64,000 nt of DNA from Narcine bancroftii (GCF_036971445.1 NC_091471.1:185628001-185692000), one strand, 5' to 3'; shown: positions 1 through 13,261, numbered from the stretch's first letter. Made by a program: numbers and translations. Notes: generated by a model not told the origin, from the sequence alone.

Positions 1-811
1 CCCAACTCATCAACCAAGAAAACCTTAACCTGATAATAACAGAAAAAGGAACATTACATTTTACCTCATTTGTTGAAAAGTAATAAATCTACTAGCTTCA
101 AAGCAGTCTTCTATTTTATTAATCCCCATTGGTTTTAAAATTCTTAAATAACATATTCAAAAAAAATCCACTGAGGACACGGAAGTCTTTGTGCCCTGTA
201 ATGAGACACAGACAGTCCAGCATCTCTGTCGAGGTGAGGAAAAGAAGCAAGAGATTGTCCCCTCAGAGACAGCAATGTCCGTGGATCCTGCCACCATCTC
301 TGGTGTAGCCACATGGTCCAGCAGTGAACCAGAGCTCCATGCATCCAAGGCTCCCTCCTCAGCCCCTGGTTCCCAATCACCAATACAAAGCCGTCAACAC
401 CTGAGGCCCTTCAGGAGCCCTGCTCCCCTTCAGCACCTCACGTATCCCAGTATACCTGGGTTGTGCAGCTGGCAGGAGACTTACACAACCTGCCCCCGGT
501 TTTCTGCCTTCACTAAGGACAGCCCTAGTGGATAGAGAGCAGTTGGAATGGTTGTGACTGGCCCCTGTTCATGTCCAGATCTTGGGAGGACTCGTCTTTC
601 AGCCGAGGTGCAGCCCAGGACTTTTAGGACAACTGTGTGTAGGATACGTGTAGCTCCTGGGTCCCTGGGCTGAAGAGATCTTTCTGTGTGGATGTTGATT
701 GGTGTGTTTACACTTTGTGCATGCTACAATAGAACCTGCCAATTGTGTAAGACTAGCACATCTTCACGTTGGGGTTTGCTTTGTACTTATGGCTCATTAT
801 TCTTTGTGTAG

Positions 812-907
812 GTTCTAATTACTTCACAGGATTTCAAGGATATACCAACTTCGGAAATTATCCTTATCCTCCAGGCACTACGAACTCCAGTCAGAGCATG
901 AAACATG
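812..907 (+). CDS. NFKB1: NF-kB p105 exon (about exon 13), end of glycine-rich region
   Basis: tgtgtag acceptor and gtaacg donor; encodes GSNYFTGFQGYTNFGNYPYPPGTTNSSQSMKH, resembling p105 ...PGTTKSNAGMKHG; phase 1-1. Confidence 0.8.
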
Positions 908-1781
908 GTAACGCTGCCAGATCACACTTGGGGAAAACCAGGGTAGACTGGGGTCGCCAAGACTGTTGTGAGTGTGCCAGGGTGTGGATGGATGGGGTGG
1001 GACAGTGCAGCAGGTGGAAACTGGCTGCAAATGTGTCTCTGCATCCCAAACCCTGAGCTCACCATTCGTCCAAGCTCATTGACCCATACGAACACCACAT
1101 GCACTAGGAACAGCCCCATCAACAACATCTGGTCACCTTTCTCTGTGGACAGGAGAAGAAGGAGGGGTTGGGATAGGGGGACCTGGACGGGTTGGAGTAG
1201 TGGGGACTTGGTCTTATCAAGGTCATTTGTGGGCAGGAATTGCTGTTGAGATGGGGGTTAGAGGGGAGCATTAGCACAGCCCCTGGTGACAGGATGAAGG
1301 GAAACAGGCCTGAGGGTTGGCAGGAAGAGAGGATGTGTCTGGCTGCATCCACAGCAGTCATGGCAGACTTGGATGGGACTGGTGGGCATTGTCCCAGCAT
1401 TTTGGAGCTGGAGTCTTGCTCACTGGAGGACAGAGAGGTGGTTTGATGGAGGTTCACACTCCAAGCCAGTGACCCTGGAAGGCTGGGACTCCAGTGGGAT
1501 CAGGGTCTTCCACCAAACCTGTTTGTCACTGTCCTGATGCTTTCTCACAGGTTACTGGGAAGGGACTGATCCTGGGACATGTGCTAGTGTGTGGAGGATG
1601 AAAGTTAGGAGACATGCCTCATGAATGAGGTGGGGAAGGGGTGTCAACAGATCTCAATGGGTGGGGGTAAGGAGCATTGACAGTCCTCAATGGAGGGGGG
1701 GTAGGGGAAGTACATCGATAGATGGGGAGGGCAGTGGGGTGTTGAAGGCCTGAAGCCATTGATGTCTGTGTCATGTTGCAG

Positions 1782-1916
1782 CCTGCAAGGACGGGGCCCA
1801 AGACCCTGGGGAGAGGTCGACGGCTCCCCAGCAACCTCCAGCACCACTGGGAGCACCCACGACAGAGAGCGAAGCTGCCCCTGCCCCCATCCTGAGCTGT
1901 GGGCCTCAGGACACAG
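1782..1916 (+). CDS. NFKB1: NF-kB p105 exon (about exon 14), poorly conserved linker
   Basis: ttgcag...gtatgt boundaries, 135 nt, open in the phase 1-1 frame needed to join flanking exons; little sequence similarity to rely on. Confidence 0.6.
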
Positions 1917-2335
1917 GTATGTCTCCCAGTGGGTGCCTGACAGGCTGGGACTACTGATCTTCTTCCCCTGGGAGGGGGAGTTAGGGAAGTCACCCCTCCC
2001 ACCTCTCCCCTCTTCTAACTCCCCTTTTCCCTCTCCTAACCCCCTCTCCTATCCCCTTCCCTCCTTCCCCCTCATCTTTTTCCCCTCTCCTAACTCCCCC
2101 TTACCCCATTTCCACTCTCCTGCCCCCCACCCCCCCCGCCCATCTACCCCACTGTCTGGATGGTCTCACGTCACTGACATTCACTTGGTGAAGGCCCTGG
2201 GACATCCTGCTTGGTATCTTGGTGGGAGCTCCTTCCCCACATACACTGCAGTGGTTCTCACCTTCCTCATGTAGAGTAACTCCTCCTTTGTGAAGGCTTC
2301 AGCCCCTAAGTGATGAGTGTGCTGTTTGGTTCCAG

Positions 2336-2477
2336 GTCTGTCCTTTCTGGACCGAGCTCTGGAGCTGGCAGAAAGGCATGCCAGGGCACTGCTGGACTAC
2401 TCGATGTGCGGAGATGCCAGGATGTTATTGGCCGTTCACCGCCACCTCACTGCCGCCCAAGACCAGAATGGAGACGC
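2336..2477 (+). CDS. NFKB1: NF-kB p105 exon preceding ankyrin repeat 1
   Basis: [47 protein letters not shown]; ccag/gtaagt boundaries. Confidence 0.93.
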
Positions 2478-2769
2478 GTAAGTCGGGTCAAGTCACGGGC
2501 TGAGGATTAGGAGAGGGAAACCCCAGGCCAAATCATCTCAGGCCTCATCATCCTCCACTCTGCACTAACCCCTGCACACCTGATGACCCAGATACTGGGG
2601 TTTTCGACTCGGGCAGTGGGTCAGTGACTTGCAGTGATATACAAAAGCTAGTGGTGTGACCGTGTTCATGAGGGTGTGAGCTCTGCAAGTATGGACTGGG
2701 AAATCACCTGAACAGGGGGTGAGAGGGAGGAATGTCTGGAGTGTGTCCAGGTAAGAATGTGCCTGATCC

Positions 2770-3340
2770 ACAGGGGGCTGAGGAGATGTTGCAGGTCAAT
2801 TAAACTCTGGTTAGACTGCATGGGGAATTGTGTTCAGTTCTGGTTGCCTCATTACAGGTGTGGAGGCTTTAGAGAGGGTGCAGAGGAGAATGACCAGAAT
2901 GTTGTCTGGATTGGAGAAAGTGTCTTATAAGGCATGGTTAATAGAGCTAGAGCTTTTCTGGAATTACGAAGAATGAGAAGAGACTTAATAGGGGTGTATA
3001 AGATTATAAGGAGCTTTGATTGGTGGACTGGCAGCACCTTTTGCCCCAGAGCAACAATAGCAAATACCAGAGGATATCTTTATAAGATGAGGGAAGGAAA
3101 GTTTAGGGGAGATGTCAGAGGTATGGAGTTTACACAGAGTAGTGGGAGCTGGGAATGCATTGCCAGGGTGGTGGTGGAGGCTGATGCAATGGGAACATTT
3201 AAAATACTCTTAGATAGGCACATGAATGCAGGAAAAAGAGGATTATGTGTGTGAGGTAGGGAAAATTAGATTTATGTGGAGTAAGTTTATATATGTCAGT
3301 ACCACATCATGGGCTGAAGGGCATGTACTGTAATGTTCTA
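2770..3340 (+). mobile_element. CR1 LINE 3' fragment, decayed
   Basis: LELRRMRRDLIGVYKI...TRG...KFRGDVRG, a CR1 ORF2 C-terminal signature. Confidence 0.75.
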
Positions 3341-3439
3341 GGAAATGAGCCAGCACTTACTGGGCCAGGAGTCAATGGGGGAAGATCTAGTAAATAGTGA
3401 GCAGGGAATCTCATAAGGCTTTGAAAAGCTATGGAAAAT

Positions 3440-4020
3440 GATAATTGAGTTTATTTCCTTACATATTGAACAATGTACAAAGGCATGAAATTCTTACTTG
3501 CTGCAGCTGAACAGTTACTTATAAAGAAAAATTATAATAGAAAACTAATTGAATTTAATCAAGTGACTTTTTTTTAAATATATTAAATATTCACGGTAAT
3601 CTTGGTGCAAAAAGTGAGAACAATAGTATAGGCAGCACCAAAATTCCTACTCGCTGCAGCCGAACTGGTATGTTATTTAAAACAAAAATCTGAAATTAAA
3701 TCTAAATAGATATAATACAAATTACAGATGATAAATATTCAATGTGTGCAAGAAAATAAGTGACTTTGCAATAGTGCACACAATCCTTTTGTGATTAGTG
3801 TAACAAGGGGAGGTTCAAGAGCCTGATAGCTTTTGGAAAAAAACTGTTCTGGCACCTCGAGGTGCTGGTCTTCAGGCTTCTGCACCTTCTGCCTGAAGGG
3901 AGGATCCAGGGTGATGGGGGTTCTTTATCATGTTGGCTGCCTTGAGGCAGTGCCTCTCAATGTCTGCAGTGGATGGAGGTCAAAGCCTGTGATGGATCGG
4001 CTGTGTCTGCTACCTTCTGC
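3440..4020 (-). mobile_element. Rex1/Babar-like LINE 3' remnant(s)
   Basis: Reverse strand reads ...aacagttttttcc...gctatcaggctcttgaac, like the tail at 62960-63000. Confidence 0.45.
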
Positions 4021-4769
4021 AAGACATGAACAACTCCAAGGGAAAGAGAGCAGCCAAATGCAGAAGGAGCTGTATCAGAGGGCTGAGAACAGGCGTACAT
4101 GGATGAATTGGAATCAAAGCTCAGTGACAATAACTGAACTGCAGAAGGTGTTTCAAGGGAGGGATTTCAGCTTTACTTCCTGGTGTCCAAAACACACAAA
4201 TAAGTGCCTGTGACAGATGTTAGGTTATTGCAACAAGTGAAAACGGGGGTGAGGAGGGAAATTAAATAAAGTCAAAGAGAGAGAACAAAGAAGGATTCAT
4301 CAAGTGGCAAAACCTGAACAAGGGAGGATGCAGGTGGAGGTAATGGGTCATTGAGTCATGAAGCTCTTTGGCCCGCCAACCAACATGTCCCTCTAAGCCT
4401 ATCCTATCTATGTATTGTTGCAGTGGTACCTGCTTCATCCACCTCCTCTGGCAGCGTGTTCCATACACTCATTGCCTTCTGTATGAGCAGAGCAGAGAGC
4501 ATGGGTGGGGTATTGAGTCCACTAAGGACAGACACTGGAATTTCAACTAAAGAAGATGCGATTGAGATTCTACAGAGGAAAAGAGGGTTGTAGAAAGACT
4601 AGCTGCAGACACTGGTCCAAAACAAACCCTGAGAGAGCTAGAAATGTTCCACATATGAGGCAGTGCCAATGGAGAGAGAAACAGCTGATGTGTCAGGTGC
4701 TGTGTAGTCAATACTGTGAGAGAGAGGATCAGGAGGTGCGCAATGGAACACAAAATAGCCAGGCCTTAA

Positions 4770-5010
4770 TGTGACACATCAGTGTGGGGATAGGGTGATG
4801 AATTAACGTGGTAGACAGGAAGCTCGACCACCCCTGTGGCAGGGGTTCCCCAAAACGATCTTCCAATCTGTGCTTTGTGCCTCCATTGTAGAGGGGGATC
4901 CATCCTGAGCACGTTGGGAGCCTACTTCTGCTTGGCCCTGCCTGAGCTTCTCTGGGTGAGGCTTGGCCTACTGAAGTCCTTTGTCCACAGTGGGGCAGAA
5001 AGAATGAAAT
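4770..5010 (-). mobile_element. Penelope-like GIY-YIG fragment
   Basis: LYNGGTKHRLEDRFGE resembles the LYIGETxRRLGDRFxEH motif seen at 8300-9500. Confidence 0.55.
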
Positions 5011-5362
5011 GCCAGTGTTCCAGGAGTGCTCACCCTCGCGGTGGAGGCACAGTGTGGGACAGAAGCTCATGTTGCTCACTGATTTCTCAAGAGCAGCAGA
5101 AAACAGGAAGGGGGTGTGGACCTTGATTTCCTGTGTTGGTGGCAGTGTACGCCCAGAATCTGCAGGTTAGTGGGACAAAGTCATTGTTTCCTCAGCTCTG
5201 TCCTCTCAAGGGCTTTTACCACAATGGCAAATGCTGGAACGTGTCAGGAAATGAGAAACCAACATTGAGGGGAAGGGAGAATCTAGTAGTTACTGAGGAA
5301 AGGTGGTTTTGAGGCTGGGCTTAAATACCTTTGTCATGTGGAATTTTCCCTTCTGAATTCAG

Positions 5363-5477
5363 GGCTCTTCATCTTGCGATCATCCACCTGCAGCCGGTTG
5401 TGGTGAGGCACCTGCTGCACGTCATTGTCAGCCTCCCTGGACAGGACATTGTCAACATGAGGAATGATCTGTATCAG
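5363..5477 (+). CDS. NFKB1: NF-kB p105 ankyrin repeat exon
   Basis: ALHLAIIHLQPVVVRHLLHVIVSLPGQDIVNMRNDLYQ; tcag/gtaagg boundaries. Confidence 0.93.
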
Positions 5478-6099
5478 GTAAGGTAATTTGAGGACCTTCT
5501 CACATGCCTGCACAACACGTCTCCTGACATGAGCAGCTGATTTGACATGTGATTGCTGAACTTAGCTGTGGTAAAGCAGTCTGAAACTAATGTTCATCCC
5601 TCCACTAGCTAACAGCTGACCCATAGAAAAGCATGGAAACAGGCCATTCAGCCCAACTCTGCCATGCTGACCATTGGTTACTGAGCTTGCGTTCTGCCCA
5701 CACCCTTCTAAACGTTGATAATCATGAACCTGCCAAATGTCTTTTCAACATTGCTCTGACCCTGCCTCCACCATCTCCCTCTAGGTTGCCATGGGATTGC
5801 CCAGTATCACGACCTCTGACCTTCTGATGGAAGGAAGGTCAGTACTGAAACAGCTGTGGGTGTTGGGCCCAGGACCCTGTACCAAAGATGTTGTGGGTCT
5901 GCAGTGGTTGACCAAAAGCATCTCCCGTGGTGTGGGGTAACCAGCAAGCTGTTTGCATTCAGTTCCAGGAGAATGGGATTTCACTGATGCTTCCTGTGAT
6001 CAGACAAGAGGATGCCCTGGACTATGCCATATCCACCTGGAGGAGGAGATGCTCCTCCAGACGTAGGTTCCCTTGGCTGATTGTTGCTTCTGTTTGCAG

Positions 6100-6307
6100 A
6101 CTCCATTGCATTTGGCTGTTATAACCCGGCAGGCGGGTGTGGTGGAGATGCTACTTCAGGCTGGTGCTGACCCTGGTCTCCTGGACTGCCACAGTAACTC
6201 TGTTCTTCACCTGGCTGCTGAGCAGGGAGATGCCAAGATGCTAAACGTCCTGTTGGCAGAACGGAACAAGGTTATGTTGGACCTCCTAGCCCTTCCAAAT
6301 AACGCTG
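6100..6307 (+). CDS. NFKB1: NF-kB p105 ankyrin repeat exon
   Basis: TPLHLAVITRQAGVVEMLLQAGADPGLLDCHSNSVLHLAAEQG...; gcag/gtgagt boundaries. Confidence 0.93.
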
Positions 6308-6599
6308 GTGAGTGGGGCTGGGCTGGGTTTGGGGAGGTGACCTCTAATTGCTGCAGTGAGATCTTCACCAGGCAGCTCTTGGATAAACACTTGAATCACT
6401 AAGGTCACTAACCTTTGAAAATGCAGATCGATTTTAAAAGTCAGCATGGATTCAAAGGCCAAGAATTCTTTAATGGAATCCTTTCCACTCTGCACACAGC
6501 ATCTTTCAGCTGCTCCCTTTGGGGAAGAGATACGGTAGTATCAGTGCCACCACCACCAACCTGTACAGTATGACGTTACCAACACAAGGAATTCTATAA

Positions 6600-6900
6600 G
6601 TCCACAAGATTCATCCCATTGAGTCTGCTCTGCCCTTCAAATCACGCTGATAGATTTGTCCTCTCAACCCCATTCTCCCTGTAGCCTTTGTCACCCTTAC
6701 TAATCAAGAACCTGTCTATCTCTAATTTAAATCCACCCAATGACCTTTACAGCCCCATCTATGACAAAGAATTCTCCAGATTCACCAACCTCTGGCTGAA
6801 GAAATTTCTCCTCTCTGTTCTAAAGGGACATCCTTTTATTTTGAGGCCGTGTCCCCTGGTCCTAGACTCTCCCACCATTGAAAACATCTTCATCATGTCC
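6600..6900 (-). mobile_element. CR1 LINE 3' fragment
   Basis: GESRTRGHGLKIKG.PFRTERRNFFSQR on the minus strand. Confidence 0.75.
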
Positions 6901-8039
6901 ACGCTGGTCACACCAGCTCTCTCTCTCTCATCCAGCCAGGCAGCATCGCAGACGTTGAGCAATGCAGGAACCAGGGGCAGGGTGTCTCGCGTGGCCAAAC
7001 CGTGACAGACGATTGGTGCTGAAAGGCATCAGTGGAAGTCTAGTTTATCTGATTGCACAAGAACAACCTGGCAAAACAGTGTTCTCCAGTCCTCAGAGCA
7101 AAACACACATACATACACACAAACAGACATACCTCACTTACAGCTGAAAGATGTGTGTAGGGTGGAAAGTAATTCATTAAAATATTCTTGACCTTGGAGT
7201 CCATGCTGACCTTTATATCCATCTGCATTTTACAAGATTTGTGATCTAGGTGATTTGTGTTTATCCAGACACCGCTATGAGAATCCTTTCAGCCTTGTGT
7301 TCCTGATTCCAATCCCATTCCTGAGGAAAAGGTTTCTTGACCCCACCCCCCCCCCCCCCCCCCAACTTCCTACCCTGAAGCTGTGGCCTCTGCTTTTGAA
7401 TACCACTTCTGATGATTCTACCCTGGCCTCACCCTCCTCTGCTTCAAGGGAAACAAAGCCAGTCTCTTCAGAACCATCCCAGGAACATCCTGGTAAATCT
7501 CCTCTGCTCCCTCCCCAGGGAAGTCTCACCCCTCTTTCAGCAGGGTCTGGGAAATTGTTCCATTCAGTGGCTGGGGTTTTTCCTGCCTCTGGCAAACTCT
7601 GTGCATTTCTTCAATGAACCAGCAGCCGCTTCCACAGTGACCCCTTGCGGTTAGTTTCAACAATGGATATTTGCTATCCAGCCAATAGCAGGGCCTTTTC
7701 CTGTTTTAGAAAACATGCAAATAAGGCTTTACAGAAAGTATAACCACAAAACTTCAGCCTTAATCAAAGAAAGTAGAAATTTTACGGAAATTGGGTTTTG
7801 TTAAAAGATGATGTGGAATATTAGGAAATAGATGTGGAAAATAATACTTCCCTTTGTCTTTAAAGTGTATCACTGAAACTTAGGTTTCTATCACAATTTA
7901 AAAGCATACTTATTTGGCAGGGGAGAATTGGTGATAATTATAGCTGATCTTGCAGGATGAGGTTATCCTGTTGTACTCTGGGTGTTGCTGAAGCCTGTGA
8001 TATTTTCAAATGTGGGATACTTAGCTGCAAAAAATGCAT

Positions 8040-9905
8040 AACTGACTTTTCAGGTTTGTGCCATTAATCAAAGTATGAGAAGATGTTAGCAAGAGATGGG
8101 GGTGGCAGGGCAGGAGATGATAGGTGGAGAAAGGAGGGAGGATGGATGGCAGGGCTGTGTGAGTGAAAGAACTGGAAGGACAGGAAAGGGGGAGGGAGAA
8201 GAAAAGGCAAGTAGCTTTAATGGACAGCAGTAAAGTCAATGTTCATGCCATCTGGCTGGAGGCTGTCTAGCCAGAAAATATGGTGGTGTTCCTTCAATCT
8301 ACAGGTTTTCAGGGTGGGACAGTACATGAGGCCATGGACAAACATGTGAATGAAGAAGTTTGACTTGGAATTGAAATTGTTGGCCCTGGGAGATCGCTGT
8401 GGTTGCGAAGGGATCTCCCAGCCTGTGACCGGACTGTCCGATGTAGAGAATGCCACAAAGGTTGCACCAAATGCAGTAGATAAGACCTCTGGGCATACAG
8501 GTGAAGTGTTGCTGAATGTGGAAGGCCTGTTTGGGGCCCTAGACTGTGGTGAGGGAGGAGGTGTGGGCGGAAGTGTTGGACTTCCTGCAGTCACAGGGAA
8601 AGGTATCTGGGGTGTGATGGGTGGGGAGGGATGAGTGCACAAGGGAATTGCAGAGAGAGTGGTCTCTGCAGAAGGCCGAGAGAGAAGCGGGAAAGATGTG
8701 TCTGATGGTGGGGTCCTGCATTGAGTGCCGGAAATTCTGGCAGATGATGTGTTGGAGGCAGAGGCTGAGGGAGATCTCGAACTCACCTGGTCCATCTCCA
8801 ATAATACTCTCCTCTTCCTGATTTCTCTGTCTCCATCTCAAGAGACAAGCTTTCCACTGATACATACTACAAACCCTCCAACTCCCACAACTACCTGTCC
8901 TACACTTCCGCTCACCCTTCTCTCCATCCCCTTCTCTCAATTTCTCCATTTCTGCCGCACCTGTTCCCAAGATAGTCTTCCAGTCCAGATCTTCTGAAAT
9001 GTCTGCCTTCTTCCACAAACGTGGCTTCTTCTCCACTGCTATCAACTCAGCCTTCACCCAAATCTTCTCCATTTCCCGCTCATCTGCCCTGGCCCCTCTG
9101 CCCCCAGCTGCAACCAACACAGAATCTACCTGGTACTACAGAATACCACCACCAGACGCATTTTTCTTTCTCGGCCTTCTGCAGGGACCACTCCCTCTGT
9201 GATTCTCTCATGCACTCATCCCTCCCCACCCATCGTACCCTGGCACCTTCCCCTGTGACCGCAGGAGGTGCAACAGTTGCGCCCACACCTCTTCCCTCAC
9301 CACAGTTTGGGGCCCCAAATAGGCCTTCTCGTTCACCATACGTCACCTGTACATCCAGAGGACTTATCTACCGCACTCGGTTCACCCTTTGTGGCATTCT
9401 CTACATCAGAGAGACTGGTCGCAGACTATGAGATCACTTCGCTTGTTTGCAACCACAGCGACCTCCCAGTTAGTGGCCAACCATTTCAATTCTAGGTCAC
9501 ACTCCTGCACTCACATGTTTGTCCATGGCCTTATATACTGTCCCATCCTGACCATCTGCAGATTGGGAGAATTACAACTTATTTTCTGGCTGGGCACTCT
9601 CCAGCCAGATGGCAAGAACATTGACTTTACTGCTTTCCATTACCTCTTCCTTTCCTGTCCTTCCAGTTCTTTCACCCACACATCCCTACCATCCCCCCTT
9701 CCCCTCACTGCTGCTGTCCCCTCCCTCGTTTCTCCACCTATCATCTCCTGCCCTGCCACCCCCCCCCTTCCCCCCACCCCATCCTTTTGTTCAGATGCTT
9801 GCTGGTATTTTCTCATACTTTGATGAAGGGCTCAGTTATATATCTTTGCTTTTGCTACGTAAAGGACACTGTTTGACCTGTTGAGCTTCTCCAGAATTTT
9901 GTTTT
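8040..9905. mobile_element. Penelope-like element, two diverging (inverted) decayed copies
   Basis: Plus copy from about 8780: RT C-terminus (LTWSISNNTLLFL, SIPFSQFL), then GIY-YIG (CGILYIRETGRRL). Minus copy 8780-8040 repeats the endonuclease and tail (CGILYIGQSGHRLGD). Confidence 0.8.
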
Positions 9906-10435
9906 TACATAGCCTAACCCGTGTTACTTGTGCTGTAACTTCGTGGTGCTCACCTTACATTTGCAGCCTCATACGACAGCTTCCTTCCTGCAAAGTCACT
10001 GCAAGTTCTTCTTCAAACTGCCTTTGATCCTGGCCAAGTAGTAAAATTGAGGCACTGGCTTGCTGTGGAAAAATTGCAACACCAGGGTGTGCTGATACAA
10101 ACACAATTGTCACAATAAATTGGATACAAATTTGATATGGTGGGAGGAGACACATGGTGGTGGTGATGGGGTCAGGTTGGGAGGTCTGTGTTTTAACAGC
10201 CAGTGAAAAAACATTTAACAGGTTATTTCTTTAAATAAGCTTTTCTGTGAAAAGAGTGCAATTTATAGTTACAATAAAAAATTAAATGAAGCGATTGGTG
10301 CTGGATCCACTGCTATGGGACATTTATATTGCAATTTCAATGGCATTTCTCACATTTTGAGACATGCAGGAGAGCTGGAAGCATTTGTTTGGCCAGTGCC
10401 CGTTGGTGGTTAATCAACTGTTGTGTTACCTACAG

Positions 10436-10605
10436 GTTTCTTTGCCATTCACCTGGCTGTGTTGGCCAACAGCTTATCGTCTCTAAGGCAACTGCTTGCA
10501 GCTGGAGTGGACGTAAATACCCAGGAACAACGGTCAGGACGCACCGCTCTGCACCTCGCTGTCGAGCAAGAGAACATATCGTTGGCTGGAAGCCTTCTCC
10601 TTGAG
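10436..10605 (+). CDS. NFKB1: NF-kB p105 ankyrin repeat exon
   Basis: [57 protein letters not shown]; acag/gttcga boundaries. Confidence 0.93.
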
Positions 10606-11225
10606 GTTCGAGGATGGGCTGTTGCGGACGAGTGTCTATCAGACAGACTGATTTGTCCTGGATGGTGTGGAGCTTAGTGTTGAAGCTGCATTCCCCCAGG
10701 CACAAATGTTGTTGTTATCTGCCGACTCAGGTCACTGACATTAGCAGAAGTCACTGACCCCCAACATCCTGCCAATTCTGCAACCAGTTGGCCTGCTCAC
10801 CCTGTATCCCAGTATGGGCTGTGTCCAAGGGCTTGCAAAGGTCTATGTGGACAATGTCTGCCACCTCCCCTTCTCAATGCCTGGTCACTTCCTCAGAAGG
10901 AGATGGGTCTGTGAGGCGTGATTTCCCAGACCGACCCTCTCCAATCCATGCCTGTCCTGGTGCTAGGGGTCCTGCACCCGTTGATTCCTTCTGGTGTAGC
11001 ACAGCCTTGGGCAACTTCTCCACACAACTGTTTACACCAGGAGCAATTGCATTTGTATGGCGCCTTTCACAATTGCAAGATTCATGGCTAGCAGGGCAGT
11101 TCTGATGTAGGATCCAACAGAGTTTCTGTGTACAGCAAGTTCCCACACCTGGCATGTTGGACAAGGGAGGGGATGACTAGACTGCCAGCTGTTCTGGCAC
11201 TGATCCTGTGTCCACTTGTTCTCAG

Positions 11226-11328
11226 GCTGGGACAGAGGTCGATGCAGCCACATTCGATGGATCCACCGGCCTTCACCTTGCAGCAGGCAGAGGCTCAACC
11301 AAACTCTGTGCCTTACTGATGGCAGCAG
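11226..11328 (+). CDS. NFKB1: NF-kB p105 ankyrin repeat exon
   Basis: AGTEVDAATFDGSTGLHLAAGRGSTKLCALLMAA; tcag/gtcagt boundaries. Confidence 0.93.
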
Positions 11329-11464
11329 GTCAGTCACTAAGGGTCACCGAGGGGTTCTTTACCCTTTGTACTGTAGGCCCCTCGAGATAAAAATCCTTGC
11401 TTTGTTCTGTTTCATAATTTAAAGCATCTTTCTTGTGCTTTGTAATCCATTCTGGAATGTTCAG

Positions 11465-11589
11465 GTGCTGACCCACACATTGAGAACCATGAACCTCTGG
11501 ATGACAAATCTGAGGAACTTGTTGAAGGTGCCGATGACGAAGGCATCTTCCATGGGACCACGCCGCTGGACGTGGCAGCCACTGAGGAG
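11465..11589 (+). CDS. NFKB1: NF-kB p105 exon with acidic insert and last ankyrin repeat
   Basis: GADPHIENHEPLDDKSEELVEGADDEGIFHGTTPLDVAATEE; tcag/gtgaga boundaries. Confidence 0.92.
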
Positions 11590-11892
11590 GTGAGAGTGTG
11601 CCAGGAGTTTAGGTCGATATCAGAGGGAAGCAGAAAGCCTGTCAACCTTGGTCATCTCCCAGGGCACTGAGCTGTGCTCTGTACTCCATCCTGGCATTTT
11701 TGCCCTTTCAACGATTTATCCCATCCCCTTTGATAGTTCCTGAAGAATCTGCTCCCGCTCCCTATTTAGGCAAAAAAGTCCCAAATCACCTCCATCTCTG
11801 AGTGAAGGAGAACGTTCCCCACCCTCCCTCTGCTGCATATGTCACGATTACATGTCAGGGAGCCTGTCACTGATTTTTACCTTTTATTGCAG

Positions 11893-11959
11893 GTGTACGA
11901 CATCCTGAATGGTGAACCCTACTGGCCAAAAGCAAAGTCTGTCACCACTTTCCCACAGG
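11893..11959 (+). CDS. NFKB1: NF-kB p105 short exon
   Basis: VYDILNGEPYWPKAKSVTTFPQ; gcag/gtaatt boundaries, 67 nt. Confidence 0.9.
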
Positions 11960-12341
11960 GTAATTGTTAATTGGTGTTAGAGATCATTCCCTTGGTGACC
12001 ACTTCAAAACTGTCCTATTCATTACGCTCCTCGGCAAACCATCCCCATCCCCCGCTCACCGGTGCATTCCCTCCCCATTCTCTACTCTCACTCTATGGAG
12101 CTAGAAAGGTGACCGATGCCACACCCTGATCGATCATTGATCCGCCCCCCCCCCCCCACCCCTGTCGATTGTGTCTTATTTCCCCCCCCCCCCCCCACCA
12201 CCAACAGTGGCAGCATTGATTCCCTCATCCCCACACAGTGGACATCCTGTCCACTGGGACAGGGAGCAGCTGATCCTTTCTCTTTGTACTCTTTTGGGAA
12301 TGCTGTGGGCATTATGGTGCTGACATGTTTCTGTGTGACAG

Positions 12342-12514
12342 GTGATCTGGGACAGCTGGACAGGGGAAGCAGGCTGGAGCTGTGCAAGCTGCTGGAAGTG
12401 CCTGAGCCAAGCCTCAGCTGGATGACCCTAGCACAGAAATTGGGCCTCGGCATCCTGATTAATGCCTTCAGAATGAGTCCATGCCCAGCAGCTTCCTTGC
12501 TGGATAACTACGAG
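12342..12514 (+). CDS. NFKB1: NF-kB p105 death domain exon
   Basis: [58 protein letters not shown]; acag/gtgagc boundaries. Confidence 0.93.
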
Positions 12515-13084
12515 GTGAGCCAGCTCCCTCCTTGGAAAGGCTTGGGAAAATCAAATATCATTGCACACAAGGTGATCTGTCAAATTATAAACCCATTCCT
12601 TATCCTGAGTTTGCTTTCACCTGGGAACAGAGTCTCTGGTACCTATCCTGTCATGTATTTCTAGTCTGCTGTGAATTCAGCCAAAAGGAAGCAGGATTCC
12701 AAGGTCAGAGTTGACCTCATTCTGCTGTTGCTCCTTGACCTGCCCCTCGGCTCTAGTTGCTGGGCCTGAGCTCTTCTCCAATCCACACTCAGCTGTCTGA
12801 GAGAGTTTCTTGTTCACCAGCCTTGACAGCTCCTTTGGGAGGAAATCCTAGATGCCTAGCCCTGTGCAGGCATCAACCTTGGCTCTGAGATTAAGGTGCG
12901 TTCCCTGGTGCTGATGGCTCATCTCCAGTCCTTACTGGGAGACTATCTGAAATGTGTACTGTTCTACCTCCTGAGGCCGTTTCAGGGACGTGCAGGTGAG
13001 AACCTTCAGGTTCTATTTCCCTGTGCCATTGGGATGAGGGGTTTGCCAATGGTTTTAATCCTTACTATTCCTTGGGCCCCACAG

Positions 13085-13232
13085 GTGTCAGGAGGTACAC
13101 TGCAGGAGATTTTGGAATCACTGAAGTCCATGGGTCACCGTGAAGCAGTGGCTGTACTTGGTAAAGTAATGGTCAAATCCACAAGCCCACAAGCAAATGA
13201 AGAAGAGAACTCAGCCCCCACTGAACAGAACG
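13085..13232 (+). CDS. NFKB1: NF-kB p105 death domain C-terminal exon
   Basis: VSGGTLQEILESLKSMGHREAVAVL...; acag/gtaaac boundaries. Confidence 0.88.
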
Positions 13233-13261
13233 GTAAACAACTTTTGTCTATTGAACACTAA

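Noticed and set aside
144-2274. Short ORFs of 60-170 aa outside the called exons
   Set aside because: Low-complexity or intronic frames with no recognisable domains; the same applies to most short ORFs in the track, many being antisense to transposon ORFs
5340-5350. kB-like site GGAATTTTCCC in an NFKB1 intron
   Set aside because: Imperfect match overlapping the polypyrimidine tract of the next exon
5815-5855. Hammerhead-like CTGATG...GAAAC
   Set aside because: Core is CTGATGGA rather than CUGANGA and the stems do not fit the hammerhead topology
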